From: Escherichia phage vB_EcoM_ECOO78
Strand: one strand, 5' to 3'
DNA: 41,289 nucleotides
Sequence record: KY705409
Shown here: positions 16,637-26,252 of the stretch, piece after piece
How the letters are laid out: each line of letters begins with the position of its first letter
How positions within the stretch are numbered: position 1 is the first letter of the stretch
Translations under genes and position numbers: made by a program
Notes under the pieces: generated by a model
Told to the model about the DNA's origin: nothing
The model's input: the letters and a program-made list of their open reading frames with translations, nothing else
The model's database searches: none

Positions 16637-16645
16637 AATCTCCCC

Positions 16646-16936
16646 TTACGCCGTCAGTTCGGCGGGTTTGTCTTTGGTTAGTTGTTCCTGTTCATGGTCC
16701 GGGTCGCCGTCGATTGGCAGCAGGTTTTGCGCCCGTACCTGCGCAACTTCATTACCAGGCAGCAGGCCATAAACCCGCCACCAGCGTTCGACTGGTTCAC
16801 CTAGCGCCATAGCCAGCAATTCTGACTCCCGATAGCTGGCAAGCCCAATCAGGCGCACGCACTTGCCGTTCCCTTCCGGTCTGGCGCGCAAACCGTAAAC
16901 CAGCGCCAGGCCACCGGCTTTCAGTTCGCCTTTCAT
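16646..16936 (-). CDS. Hypothetical protein
   Basis: Start MKGELKAGG with GGTGA RBS; ATGA overlap with upstream gene stop. Confidence 0.45.
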   Translation of the reverse strand: MKGELKAGGLALVYGLRARPEGNGKCVRLIGLASYRESELLAMALGEPVERWWRVYGLLPGNEVAQVRAQNLLPIDGDPDHEQEQLTKDKPAELTA

Positions 16937-17175
16937 ACGATCACCTTTGCGCTCAGGTATCCGCAACGTAGTTTCAGCTTTACTGTTTTGCTTTGGTTCT
17001 TGTACGGGTAATCACCGCCAGCTTTTATTGAAGCATAACCACCGCTGGAAAATTCAGGCGAGCGGGTTAAAGCCTTCACATCCTTGTAAAAAAGTTCTCG
17101 CAGCTTGGCTTTTTCCATCACCTTTTCGGTGTGCATCCTGGTACGTAGTGTGTTGAATTCGTTATTTGTCATCAT
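16933..17175 (-). CDS. Hypothetical protein
   Basis: 80 aa ORF overlapping ParB-like gene end. Confidence 0.4.
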   Translation of the reverse strand: MMTNNEFNTLRTRMHTEKVMEKAKLRELFYKDVKALTRSPEFSSGGYASIKAGGDYPYKNQSKTVKLKLRCGYLSAKVIV

Positions 17176-18043
17176 TCACCCCACCAACGTAGTCAGCCAC
17201 CAGCGCCATGAATTCACGCACCACGCCAGCAGGTGCGCGCAGGGTCATGGATTCGTCAGGCTCGGCATCTTCCAGCCGGTCATCGCTGTGGACCAGTTCG
17301 ATTTGCACAGCCAGGTCAGCCAGGCGCGTCAGCTTGTCTTTGCCGAACGGTGGCTGGATGGCTTCCGTCTTGGACTTAGGCGCTTTCGGTGCCTTCGGTT
17401 CGGTGAATTTCTTTGTTACTTTATCCTTGCCAGCGGCTTTGGCTTCTTCCAGCGCCTGTGCGGCCACGGCTTCGGCTTCGGTGCCGTGCTGGCGGGTTAG
17501 TTCAGTGGCGGTCACGTAGGACATCTGGCCACCGCGTACCATGTCTTTGATTGGTTCCGGGCACTCAGCCAGGGCCAGCATGTTGGCCACGTCTGACGGG
17601 CTGCGCTTCACCTTCTTGGCTATCTCGTCATTGGTCCAGCCCTGCGCTTTCAGGCGCGCATAGGCTTTGGCGCGTTCCAGCGGTTCCAGCGGCTTGCCCT
17701 GGCTGCTGGTGACCATCAGCGCGATTTTGTCAGCCTCACTGGTGCCGGTGATGTCGTTCACTTCCAGGCGCAGTTCCAGGCCGGTTTCTGCGGCCATCTT
17801 GGCACCAGCAAAGCGGTGGTGGCCGTCAATCACCTTGATGCCCTGCTGCGTCACTTCCACGGTCAGCGGCGGCACATATTCACCGGCCAGGTACGCATCG
17901 CGGAATTCTTCAACGTGCGCCTGGTCCACGTCGCGAATGTTGTAGCCATCTTCCACATACAGTTCAGCCAGCGGCACCCAAAACACCTTGCGCGGCGTTG
18001 CTGCGGTTTGTTTTGATTTATAAAGTTGCCCGATAGTAGCCAT
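17162..18043 (-). CDS. ParB-like nuclease-domain protein (ParB/Srx fold N-terminal domain)
   Basis: Motif KVIDGHHRFAGAKMAA; Lys/Ala/Pro-rich central linker; no ParA partner in window. Confidence 0.65.
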   Translation of the reverse strand: MATIGQLYKSKQTAATPRKVFWVPLAELYVEDGYNIRDVDQAHVEEFRDAYLAGEYVPPLTVEVTQQGIKVIDGHHRFAGAKMAAETGLELRLEVNDITGTSEADKIALMVTSSQGKPLEPLERAKAYARLKAQGWTNDEIAKKVKRSPSDVANMLALAECPEPIKDMVRGGQMSYVTATELTRQHGTEAEAVAAQALEEAKAAGKDKVTKKFTEPKAPKAPKSKTEAIQPPFGKDKLTRLADLAVQIELVHSDDRLEDAEPDESMTLRAPAGVVREFMALVADYVGGVNDDK

Positions 18044-18123
18044 TTACATAACCCCCAATACAAATGAAGTGATTAGAAATTAAGCCCATACAATAATGAT
18101 GGGCAGATCGCGTTTTTTAACAA

Positions 18124-18825
18124 TCATTGTTTACGGTAACCTTTGCCAGAAAGCCAAATTGAAATTTCTGTGGCAACACCAATGTCAAGACTGGTTTTTG
18201 TAGTGGCCGCAAAGTTAGCCAGTTCGTAAAGTATTTCATCACGCGCTTCACATTCATTCAGGTCGGCTTCTAACTGCGCATCGCTGGGTTTGACAGCATC
18301 GCGCTTCACATCAATGCAAGCGGTTTCTAATTCATTCTTATCCACCAGGCGGTAAGCAATGATGTCACCGCTACTTCCATGATGCGACCATACAAAATCG
18401 CCTGCTCTGTCATTACTGAAATGAAGCGGGCTAGGTTTCCGGAATTTGACTTCAACAATTGTGTCACTATCCACCGGACATTCACCACCATGCCAATCAA
18501 TCCAGCCGTTATTGCCAAGCACGGCTTGACTGGCTGCCATCGCGGATTCGTATTTTTCGCGAGTTACAATTGATATGTTCCAGTCATTAGCAGTAATGTA
18601 ATGGCGGAAGTTTCCTTCAAATGGTCTGTCGCCATAAATCCAGTCATCACCATCTTTATTACTGCACCATTCGCCTGCTTTAATATGCAAAAAATTGATT
18701 GATTTTGAAAATTTTACAGTTCCGTCAGAATCCTGCACTGCATAGTTAGCCGCTTTAGGCCACCCGCCAACTTTAGGAAGTGTTTCGACCAGTATTTGCA
18801 GCAGGGTTTTATTTGATGTGTTCAT
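18124..18825 (-). CDS. Hypothetical protein (AT-rich moron candidate)
   Basis: 233 aa ORF; lower GC than flanks; own upstream AT-rich promoter-like region plus hairpin and GAGGTAA RBS. Confidence 0.5.
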   Translation of the reverse strand: MNTSNKTLLQILVETLPKVGGWPKAANYAVQDSDGTVKFSKSINFLHIKAGEWCSNKDGDDWIYGDRPFEGNFRHYITANDWNISIVTREKYESAMAASQAVLGNNGWIDWHGGECPVDSDTIVEVKFRKPSPLHFSNDRAGDFVWSHHGSSGDIIAYRLVDKNELETACIDVKRDAVKPSDAQLEADLNECEARDEILYELANFAATTKTSLDIGVATEISIWLSGKGYRKQ

Positions 18826-18919
18826 GTGGGCATTACCTCGTTATTTATCCGGGCAGGTCATCCGCCCGGTTAAGGTAATGATATACGATGATGTAGAATG
18901 ATTGCAACAATGTTTGTTG

Positions 18920-20074
18920 TTATTTTTCTTCGATGACGTGACCAGGGCCGTCATCGCCTTCGTTAATGTCCTTTTCTTCTATCACGTGACCAGGGCCATC
19001 ATCGTCTGGCGGGTCGCTTTCTTGCGGCTTCTTGCGCTCGATGATTTGCACATGCGGTTCTTCTTCGCTGTTTGGCTTCGTTGCTTCCACGTCGCAAGAA
19101 TAACCGTTGTCATCCATCCGGTGATCTGCGCGGGTAATCAGCCATTCGCCATCAATGCCATCGCGGAACCCCACCAGCACCAGCTTGCATTCAGCGGCAA
19201 TGGTCGGGTCACCCGGCAGCGTCACGGCAACAGTCACCTGGTTGCGCTGACGCTTCGACAGTTCGGCTTTGGCTGCGTCCAGTGCCATTGCCTGCGTTGG
19301 GTAGTATTTTCCAATGCGTTTTACCGGCTCACCTTCTCCCACCTTCACTTCGTTGCGCGCGGCCTTCTTCGTCACCTGGTAGTAAGCCACCACCGTGCCT
19401 GCGTTTTCGCGCTTCTGGCTGGTTAGCCGGAATGCGGTGCAATCCTGCGCCGTCAGCGTTATGGTTGGCAGTTCTTCGCCGCTGGCCGTCTTACCTTCGC
19501 CGCGCTTCGTGACCGTGATTTTGCCGCCTGATGGTTTCACTACGCCGTCATATTTCTTGGCCAGTCGCAGCAACAGGTTCAGGTCAGATTCATCGGCCTG
19601 GTCGGTGTGGGGTAGGGTGATTTTGGCCATGCTCTCTGACACGGCTGATTCCATGCCGTGTTCTTCGGCAATCTTCTTCACCATGTCGCCAAACTTCGTG
19701 CCTTTGGTCCAGCTACGTGATTTCTGTGTTTGCAGGTCGGTTTTGCCGCCATTCGATTTGTCATAGGTGGCAGCACGCGCCCTGATGGTCATGGTGCCTG
19801 GCCAGCCAGCTAATTCCACTTCGTCACAGATGAACAGGCCCATGCGTTGGGTCCAGTTGTCATAACCCAGGAACAGTTCCAGTTCTGCGCCTGTTTCCGG
19901 CATCTGGATTGGGTTGGCCGGTTCATCATCAGCCAGGCTGATTTCCAGCGTGTCAGATTCCAGCCCCACGCCATCAGACAGGCTAAGGCTTATCAGACGT
20001 TCATTGATTTTGGCTGTGATGTCATCGCCGTTGGCCAGTACGCGAAACGCTGGCGCAATTCCAGTCAATCCCAT
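18920..20074 (-). CDS. Tail protein D (P2 gpD-like late control/tail protein) with C-terminal tandem repeat
   Basis: 384 aa; position after U and X in P2-type order; C-terminus DDGPGHVIEEK repeated twice. Confidence 0.75.
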   Translation of the reverse strand: MGLTGIAPAFRVLANGDDITAKINERLISLSLSDGVGLESDTLEISLADDEPANPIQMPETGAELELFLGYDNWTQRMGLFICDEVELAGWPGTMTIRARAATYDKSNGGKTDLQTQKSRSWTKGTKFGDMVKKIAEEHGMESAVSESMAKITLPHTDQADESDLNLLLRLAKKYDGVVKPSGGKITVTKRGEGKTASGEELPTITLTAQDCTAFRLTSQKRENAGTVVAYYQVTKKAARNEVKVGEGEPVKRIGKYYPTQAMALDAAKAELSKRQRNQVTVAVTLPGDPTIAAECKLVLVGFRDGIDGEWLITRADHRMDDNGYSCDVEATKPNSEEEPHVQIIERKKPQESDPPDDDGPGHVIEEKDINEGDDGPGHVIEEK

Positions 20075-20274
20075 AATTTGATGCCTTGCGTTGTCACTGG
20101 TGTCGTGATTTCCGGCAGGTTGATAACCAGGCCAGCAGGCAGCACAGGCCCACGGTCAGCCAGCCCCTTGTTGGCTTCCACCAGTGCTTCCACGGTGCCC
20201 GCGTCCTGGTTGCCGTAGTATTTCCAGGCGATGTAATCCGCCGTGTCACCGTCTTTGGTAATATAAGTTTGCAT
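20065..20274 (-). CDS. Tail protein X (P2 gpX-like)
   Basis: 69 aa MQTYITKDGDTADYIAWKYYG... pattern and position. Confidence 0.7.
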   Translation of the reverse strand: MQTYITKDGDTADYIAWKYYGNQDAGTVEALVEANKGLADRGPVLPAGLVINLPEITTPVTTQGIKLWD

Positions 20275-20684
20275 CAGTTGAACCGCCGAAGTTGCAAATT
20301 GAATTCCTGTTTTCGTGGCGCACCGAACGCCGCAAACAATGATTGTTTTTCGTCAATAGCTTCAATCACCCAACGGCCCCACAGTTTACCCAGGCCATCA
20401 ACCAGCAGCAGCGGATGACCACGGCCAGCCATGCTGCGCATTTGCTCAACCTGCTGAAACCCGCCACGGTATTCAGGGTAAATGATGCCTGCCAGGGTTA
20501 TGGTTTCCTCTCCGATGCCCACGAATTGAGAAGATGGGCGCTGGCCAAAGCGGTGCTGCGATGGCCACTTATATTCGCTGTGGCGGTTCAGTTCCTGATA
20601 TGCCGCAGTAAGGATGCAGAACTGGAAGCTGCCCAACATCATCATGATGTTGGTCTGCCCGGTTAAAATCGTGAAACTGGTCAT
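20274..20684 (-). CDS. Tail protein U (P2 gpU-like)
   Basis: 136 aa; position immediately after tape measure gene. Confidence 0.7.
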   Translation of the reverse strand: MTSFTILTGQTNIMMMLGSFQFCILTAAYQELNRHSEYKWPSQHRFGQRPSSQFVGIGEETITLAGIIYPEYRGGFQQVEQMRSMAGRGHPLLLVDGLGKLWGRWVIEAIDEKQSLFAAFGAPRKQEFNLQLRRFN

Positions 20685-23026
20685 GGTGCCGTCACTCCGT
20701 CATTCATCATGCTGCGCTGGCGCACCTGTCGGCGGCGCTCCTGTTCGTCGGCAATCCGCTTGGCCAGGTCTGCGTTGTTCTCACCAGGGCGCTGGGTCAC
20801 CTGAATGGTGGTTGTGCTGCTGTCGGTGTACGTACTGCCGCCACGGTTCGCCAGGGAAGGTGCTGGCAATGCGTTGTTCGGTGTCAACGGTGTGGCCAGC
20901 GTGTTGCCTTCTGGCACGTCATCACTGCCAAACGGGTTGCTGAAAAAGTCTTTCGTTTTCTGCCAGGCACCACCAGCCATGTCAGAAACGCTGTTTTTGA
21001 ACTCAACGGCTTTTTGCGTCAGCGCGCCAATGTTGTCAGAAACCCAAATGATCTTATCAATCAGGAACTGAATCGGCCCCAACACAAAATCAATGCCTGC
21101 CGCCAGCGCCTTGCCGAACTGTTGGCCAGCGTCACCGGCTTTTTTCAGTTCTTCGCCGCTGTAGTTTACCGGCTCGGCCAGTTTGGTGAACCAATCCCAC
21201 ACCTTGCCAGCAACGTCAGCCACCCACTGGAACGCGGTTTTGACTGGTCCTAACTTATCCCACAACGCCTGGAATTTCTCCGTTACTGGCTGCAACCCTT
21301 GCTGGATGCCCTGCAATGTGCCGGTCATGAACGCTTTGACGCCAGCCCAATTTCGGTAAATCCACAGGCCGCCAAGCGCCAGGCCGGTAATCAGGGCACC
21401 AATGCCGGTGGAAATGAACGCTGCACCTATGGCGCGCACACCAGTGACAACAGCAGGGATTCCACGCGATGCCATGCCAAACAGGCCGCCATTGGCAACG
21501 GCAGCTGCGGCACCAACTGCACGCGCGGAAACCGCTGTCAGTGCCATCTGAGCGCGGGCACCAGCAAGAGCACCTACAACACGCAGCGCACCACCGCGCA
21601 GGTACGTGAACGCGAAGCCAGCCGCAAACGTGGCAATGCGCATGGTGATCAGCGCGCCAGCCGTGGCCACAATGGCTTTGGTGACAACCGGGTGCGCTTG
21701 CGCTAGTTCTGTAACCTTGCCAATCCACGGACTAATGGTTTTCAGAACGCTGTTGACTGCTGGAAGCAGCACGCTGCCAATAGTGATACCAAGTGCGGTG
21801 ATCTGGTTTCGGAATATTACCAGCGCGTTTGCCGTTGTTGCGGCGCGTGCCTGGTATTCTTTTTCCATCGAACCGGCATATTTCATTTTGTCCGCTACAG
21901 CGTCAAAATTCTTTTCCAGTTCCTTGATGTTCGTCAGCAATGGCGCGATTGAACCAACAACCTCTTTGCCAAAAAGCTGCGTCAGAACCGCTGATTGTTC
22001 GTGTTTCCGCAGTTTCGCAACCTGCTTGAGAATGACAAGCATGGTTTTTTTGGAGTCAAGTTGCATGGATTTTGCAACTGCTGTTGAGGAATAGCCAAGC
22101 CGTGCGAATGCTTCGCGCTGCGATTTGGTCGCAGCTTTACCAGCTGTCAGTGACAGCATCAGGTTTTTGATACCAGTGGCGGCAATCTCGTTTTGCACGC
22201 CCATGCCGCGCAGGGTTGCGCCAAGTGCGGCAATCTCTCCGGAAGCAGTACCGGCAACCTCACCAAGTGGCCCGATGCGCTGCACAATCTCCATGATGTC
22301 TTTGGCTGATGCGGCAGTGTTGTTGCCAAGGTAGTTGATCTTGTCAGCCAGGACGACAACCTGTTGCTGGTTCATCTTGAACGCAGAGCGCATCTCTGCC
22401 ATCGCCTGGCCTGCCTGGTCAGCGGTGATGTCGAACGCCACGCCCATTTTGATGGCTGATTCCGCAAACGTCATCAGTTCTTTGGCTGCAATGCCAGACT
22501 GACCACCAGCGGCAACGATCTTGCCAATGTCGTTGGCTGTCATCGGCAGAACTTTTGACATGTTGATAATGTCCTGCCCCATCTTTTTGAATCCGTCAGG
22601 CGTGTCGAAATCAACAACCTTTTTTACGTCAGCCATCGTGGATTCAAAATCAATCGCTGCCTTGACCGGTGCGGCGATAGTGGCACCCAGGGCAACGGTG
22701 CCCATGATGCCGCTTTTGTATTCTTCGCGCTTATCAAGATTTCGCTGGCGGGCATCCTCTACGCGTTTCAGGCGTTCTGTAGCCGTGCGCAGTTTGTCCA
22801 CCGCAGCAACGTTGGCGGCGTATTTGGCGCGCAGTGAATCAACGTTTTTGCCCTGGCGGCCAAACGTCTGGATGGCGTTGGTTAGTGTGCGTTGCTCGCG
22901 TTCCAGTTTGGCCATTGCTGCGCCAACCTGTTCCACGGATGATTTGACGGTGCCAAATGCGCCTTTAAGGCTACTTGATACGGCACCGCCGATGGTAATT
23001 GTTGCGTTTAGTTTCTTATTTGCCAT
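20681..23026 (-). CDS. Tail tape measure protein
   Basis: 781 aa, Ala/Gly-rich with coiled-coil N-terminus and hydrophobic central segments; follows chaperone gene. Confidence 0.9.
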   Translation of the reverse strand: MANKKLNATITIGGAVSSSLKGAFGTVKSSVEQVGAAMAKLEREQRTLTNAIQTFGRQGKNVDSLRAKYAANVAAVDKLRTATERLKRVEDARQRNLDKREEYKSGIMGTVALGATIAAPVKAAIDFESTMADVKKVVDFDTPDGFKKMGQDIINMSKVLPMTANDIGKIVAAGGQSGIAAKELMTFAESAIKMGVAFDITADQAGQAMAEMRSAFKMNQQQVVVLADKINYLGNNTAASAKDIMEIVQRIGPLGEVAGTASGEIAALGATLRGMGVQNEIAATGIKNLMLSLTAGKAATKSQREAFARLGYSSTAVAKSMQLDSKKTMLVILKQVAKLRKHEQSAVLTQLFGKEVVGSIAPLLTNIKELEKNFDAVADKMKYAGSMEKEYQARAATTANALVIFRNQITALGITIGSVLLPAVNSVLKTISPWIGKVTELAQAHPVVTKAIVATAGALITMRIATFAAGFAFTYLRGGALRVVGALAGARAQMALTAVSARAVGAAAAVANGGLFGMASRGIPAVVTGVRAIGAAFISTGIGALITGLALGGLWIYRNWAGVKAFMTGTLQGIQQGLQPVTEKFQALWDKLGPVKTAFQWVADVAGKVWDWFTKLAEPVNYSGEELKKAGDAGQQFGKALAAGIDFVLGPIQFLIDKIIWVSDNIGALTQKAVEFKNSVSDMAGGAWQKTKDFFSNPFGSDDVPEGNTLATPLTPNNALPAPSLANRGGSTYTDSSTTTIQVTQRPGENNADLAKRIADEQERRRQVRQRSMMNDGVTAP

Positions 23027-23173
23027 TTAGTTTTGCTTCTTGGGTAGACCATCAAGCCACCAGACAAAGCGGGAAACCCGCAACCGTTGAATCTCTGACA
23101 GTTGCCAGCCGGTGTGGCTGGCAAGTGCCAAAGCGCCCGCGCGGATGTATTCCGGGCTTAGTCGATAAAATTT
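23027..23173 (-). other. Predicted -1 frameshift extension of tail assembly chaperone (E'-like), slippery site A_AAU_UUU at 23167-23173
   Basis: -1 frame open for 48 codons from the heptamer to a TAA immediately before the tape measure ATG; -1 frame closed by TAA just upstream of the site. Confidence 0.5.
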
Positions 23174-23442
23174 ACGTAGGCAGCCTGTAGGCGCTTATAG
23201 TCTTTCAGCGGCAGGCGGCGGATGTCATCAGGTGCCTGTTCACACAGGTTGGCAAACGTCTGGATTTCGCGCGCAGCATCGCTGCCGCCCATGTCGCTTG
23301 CAATTTCCTGGTCAGCCACGGTGGGTTCACGCATACGCAGCACGGAAACGTCAACGCCTGCGATTTTCAGCGGTCGTGACAGGGTGATGTCACAGTGGCC
23401 GGTTTCGTGGTTGAATTTCAGGTAATCAGGTAATTTAGCCAT
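23158..23442 (-). CDS. Tail assembly chaperone (P2 gpE-like)
   Basis: 94 aa ORF between tube and tape measure genes, the conserved chaperone position. Confidence 0.7.
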   Translation of the reverse strand: MAKLPDYLKFNHETGHCDITLSRPLKIAGVDVSVLRMREPTVADQEIASDMGGSDAAREIQTFANLCEQAPDDIRRLPLKDYKRLQAAYVNFID

Positions 23443-23502
23443 TTCTTATCGCCTCAAACAATGATTGTTGAAAATGGCCAGCCAAATGACTGGCCGTAAA
23501 AA

Positions 23503-24009
23503 TTACATCGCCAGCGCAGAACGGATGGCTGCCAGGGTGTCTACACCGTTGATGATTCGCACCATGTTTTCCACGTCGATTTCGTGGATGGTCTTTCCGT
23601 TATGCTGCTGCTTGAAATAGTTCAGGCTGACAGTGACGTTAAGGGAACTTAGTTCCCCAGGCGTCCAGGTGCCTGGCTCCATGCTGGTGATTTTGCCGCG
23701 CATGTTCATGACAACAGCTTTCACGCTGCCGTCATAGGATTCCAGAGCACCGCGAAACGTCAGAGGAACGCTTGCACCTTCTGACAGGCCAAACAGCGCC
23801 AGCACGTCAGAATCATAGGCACGCAGCGCAAAGCTGGCTTCCAACTTTTCCATGCCCAACGTCACATCAATGGGCGCGTCCATGCCACCAGCGCGGAATT
23901 CTTCGGTTTGCAGGGTTAAGGTGGGAGGCGTGACGCTCTCCACCTGGCCCGCGTAACCACGGCCATCAACAAACAAGTTGATGTTTTTCAAAACGTCACG
24001 TGCGGCCAT
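23503..24009 (-). CDS. Tail tube protein (P2 FII-like)
   Basis: 168 aa; immediately downstream of sheath gene. Confidence 0.8.
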   Translation of the reverse strand: MAARDVLKNINLFVDGRGYAGQVESVTPPTLTLQTEEFRAGGMDAPIDVTLGMEKLEASFALRAYDSDVLALFGLSEGASVPLTFRGALESYDGSVKAVVMNMRGKITSMEPGTWTPGELSSLNVTVSLNYFKQQHNGKTIHEIDVENMVRIINGVDTLAAIRSALAM

Positions 24010-25436
24010 TATTCGAATACCTCACTAATATAATCGTTGGTCAACTGGCTGCGGAAGATAATGTGTTCAGCCGGATAAACAGGCGTGAAATCAAAATCAA
24101 AGTATACCTTACCGTCAGCAATTTGGTCAGCAGTATTTAAGTCAGGGTCAGCCCAACACGTGCCGCCAAGAATTGCGCCCAGGCTCACCAGGTTGCGCAG
24201 GTACGCGTTCACGCCTTCAATCACGTCATTGACGTATTGTTTAGTGATGCCACGGTCTACGGCCCACAAGTGTGCACGCAACAGGCTGTCATTGATGATG
24301 TCAGCCGTGCGAACAACGCACAGAAACGCCCATTTCGGATCGCTGGAAGTGGTGCGGTTGCCCCACAGGCGGAAACCGTCCTGGCGAATGATGGTGGTGA
24401 CTTCGTTTTCGTTCAGCAGGTTTGCACGGCTGGACGTGTCACCCAGGGTGAAATCAATGGTTCGGGCCGTGCCCTGGATGCCATAGATTTCCTGGTTTGA
24501 CGGTGACCACCAGAAACCGCGCTCGTTGTCGATGCGGGCAATCAGGCCAGCCACGCGCGGCGATGCCCAGTCAGTAATCGTGGTGCCATCATCGTCAAGC
24601 ACCAGCACTTTTGGGTCAACCACATACACGCGTTTGCTTCCAAAGTCTTTGCGGTAAGCGATGGCGTCAGCGTCGTTGGTGTTCGGTCCGTCAGCGATGA
24701 TGACCGCGCGCAGGCGGTTTGCAATGCCAAGCAGTTCAGAAACCACCGCGTTTGCCGCTACGCCAACGGATGCGGTTGCAGTTGCGCCGGTTCCGTTACC
24801 GCCAGCGATGGCTACGGTTGGCGCGCTGGTGTAACCCATGCCTGAATTGGTGACGGTGATTTTGGTGATGACGCCGCCAACCACAGTTGCTTCCGCAGTT
24901 GCGCCAGAACCGCCGCCACCGCCAGACAGCGTGACTGTTGGCGCTTCGGTGTATCCGCTTCCGCCGTTTCCGATAGTGATAGCTGTGACGCCATCCTGAA
25001 CGCGGGTGTGCGTGAAGCCAGGCACGCACAGAATGCGCGGCGAGTAGCCCACAGCGGATTCAGCGCCAAGCAGTGCGTGGACGCCTTCATATTTGCCGGT
25101 TGAAGCGTTTACGCCGCCCATGATGTTGGCCAGCGTTGCGGCTTCGTTCTCGCCTTCTTCAACACGCACAACGATGACCACAGCGCCGATCTGGTCCAGG
25201 ATGGCATCCAGTGCTTTAGGTAGGGTGCCTTCACCGGTGCCAAGCATGTCCAGTTTAGCCGCCTCTCGCTGGCTGCCAGCAATCAGGGTTGGGGTATTAA
25301 TCGGGAATGCGTCAGGGTCAGCATTTGGCGCAGTTCCGACAATGCCAATGACGCTGGATTTAACGGTTTGAATGACGCGTGAACCGGAATCAATTTCCAG
25401 CACCTCCACGCCATGCAGAAAGTCAGTTGCTGCCAT
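24009..25436 (-). CDS. Contractile tail sheath protein (P2 FI-like) with internal duplicated Gly-rich module
   Basis: 475 aa with conserved sheath C-terminal region; aa ~150-232 contain two copies of G-GYT-APTV---GG-G-GATA. Confidence 0.85.
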   Translation of the reverse strand: MAATDFLHGVEVLEIDSGSRVIQTVKSSVIGIVGTAPNADPDAFPINTPTLIAGSQREAAKLDMLGTGEGTLPKALDAILDQIGAVVIVVRVEEGENEAATLANIMGGVNASTGKYEGVHALLGAESAVGYSPRILCVPGFTHTRVQDGVTAITIGNGGSGYTEAPTVTLSGGGGGSGATAEATVVGGVITKITVTNSGMGYTSAPTVAIAGGNGTGATATASVGVAANAVVSELLGIANRLRAVIIADGPNTNDADAIAYRKDFGSKRVYVVDPKVLVLDDDGTTITDWASPRVAGLIARIDNERGFWWSPSNQEIYGIQGTARTIDFTLGDTSSRANLLNENEVTTIIRQDGFRLWGNRTTSSDPKWAFLCVVRTADIINDSLLRAHLWAVDRGITKQYVNDVIEGVNAYLRNLVSLGAILGGTCWADPDLNTADQIADGKVYFDFDFTPVYPAEHIIFRSQLTNDYISEVFE

Positions 25437-25508
25437 TCTTTAGGTTCCTATTATCTGTGCACACAGTGAAAATTCGCAGTGTGATGGTCGCAGGAACCGT
25501 GCGTGGCT

Positions 25509-25525
25509 TCTTCTTGGGGTTTGTC
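25509..25525 (-). repeat. Copy 1 of exact 17-bp motif (minus strand GACAAACCCCAAGAAGA), intergenic upstream of sheath gene
   Basis: Plus strand TCTTCTTGGGGTTTGTC, immediately after terminator hairpin. Confidence 0.9.
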
Positions 25526-25528
25526 CGT

Positions 25529-25550
25529 AAAAAAGCCCGCCGAAGCGGGT
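25529..25550 (-). terminator. Intrinsic terminator/attenuator (UUCG-loop hairpin plus U6)
   Basis: Minus strand acccgc-UUCG-gcgggc followed by UUUUUUA. Confidence 0.6.
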
Positions 25551-25562
25551 AAAGGCGACAAA

Positions 25563-25889
25563 TCAATAACCGATAGCGAACCAGTCAACGGTTAGTGTTG
25601 TGGTTCCTGGCACCGTTCCTTCGTTCTGGACGCCGCCAAGAATGCTTGAAAATGTGGTTAGCGTCCGACCACTGATATTGGCATATTCAAGAATAATGTT
25701 TGCGTTGTCTCTTGGCGTAGCCTGAATGCTTACCACAGCCGTAGGGAACGGTTTTGGAAACGTGACACTATGCGTGCCCTGGTACATACGTGTATCGGTT
25801 GTGCCTGCACCAGATGTAACGGTGCTGGTGAAACTACCCCACTGAATAATCAGTGCCGCCAGGTAATTCCTGGTATCCTTGCGCTGCAA
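25563..25889 (-). CDS. Hypothetical protein downstream of tail-fibre assembly gene
   Basis: 108 aa ORF, Thr/Gly-rich. Confidence 0.45.
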   Translation of the reverse strand: MQRKDTRNYLAALIIQWGSFTSTVTSGAGTTDTRMYQGTHSVTFPKPFPTAVVSIQATPRDNANIILEYANISGRTLTTFSSILGGVQNEGTVPGTTTLTVDWFAIGY

Positions 25890-25922
25890 GGTTTTTGTTA
25901 GTGATGCCCCTTAAGACTTCGC

Positions 25923-26252
25923 TCATACATTGGTTGCCTCATTCGTTGCGCCAATCAGCGCGGCCACGTCAGGGTTTGCGTTCAGGAATTCTCGCAGTTT
26001 ATCAACCGGGCTTGCCGGTTGGTTATCGTTAGCTGGCGATACGCTAATCAGTTCCCACTTTGCGCCGTTCCAGCGTGGCCATTGGTCACCTGAAAATTCA
26101 GGCGGTGCCACCTCTACGCAGCGTGCAGGAATTAGAAAAACACCAGGTTCAAGCGGTGATTCATCAGCATCTGTCTGGCCAACAAAAAGGCCAGCGACGT
26201 CATATTGATAAACTGGTTTTGTCTTCATGATTCGCCTCAAAATTTGATGCAC
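25923..26252 (-). CDS. Tail fibre assembly protein (Tfa/gpG-like chaperone)
   Basis: 109 aa; position after fibre gene; start may be the internal MKTKPVY. Confidence 0.6.
   Translation of the reverse strand: MHQILRRIMKTKPVYQYDVAGLFVGQTDADESPLEPGVFLIPARCVEVAPPEFSGDQWPRWNGAKWELISVSPANDNQPASPVDKLREFLNANPDVAALIGATNEATNV

Noticed and set aside
21255-21728. 157-aa Cys/His/Trp/Arg-rich ORF on the minus strand inside the tape measure gene
   Set aside because: Alternative frame of a GC-rich coding region; composition typical of out-of-frame translation; fully contained in a well-supported gene.
20332-23470. 15-mer CAAACAATGATTGTT found twice (20333-20347 inside gene U; 23456-23470 intergenic)
   Set aside because: About one same-strand exact 15-mer pair is expected by chance in 41 kb, so two copies are not significant alone; the intergenic copy may still be a palindromic site.
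24796-25090. Arg/His-rich ORFs (77 and 92 aa) inside the tail sheath gene
   Set aside because: Alternative-frame artefacts within a strongly supported structural gene.
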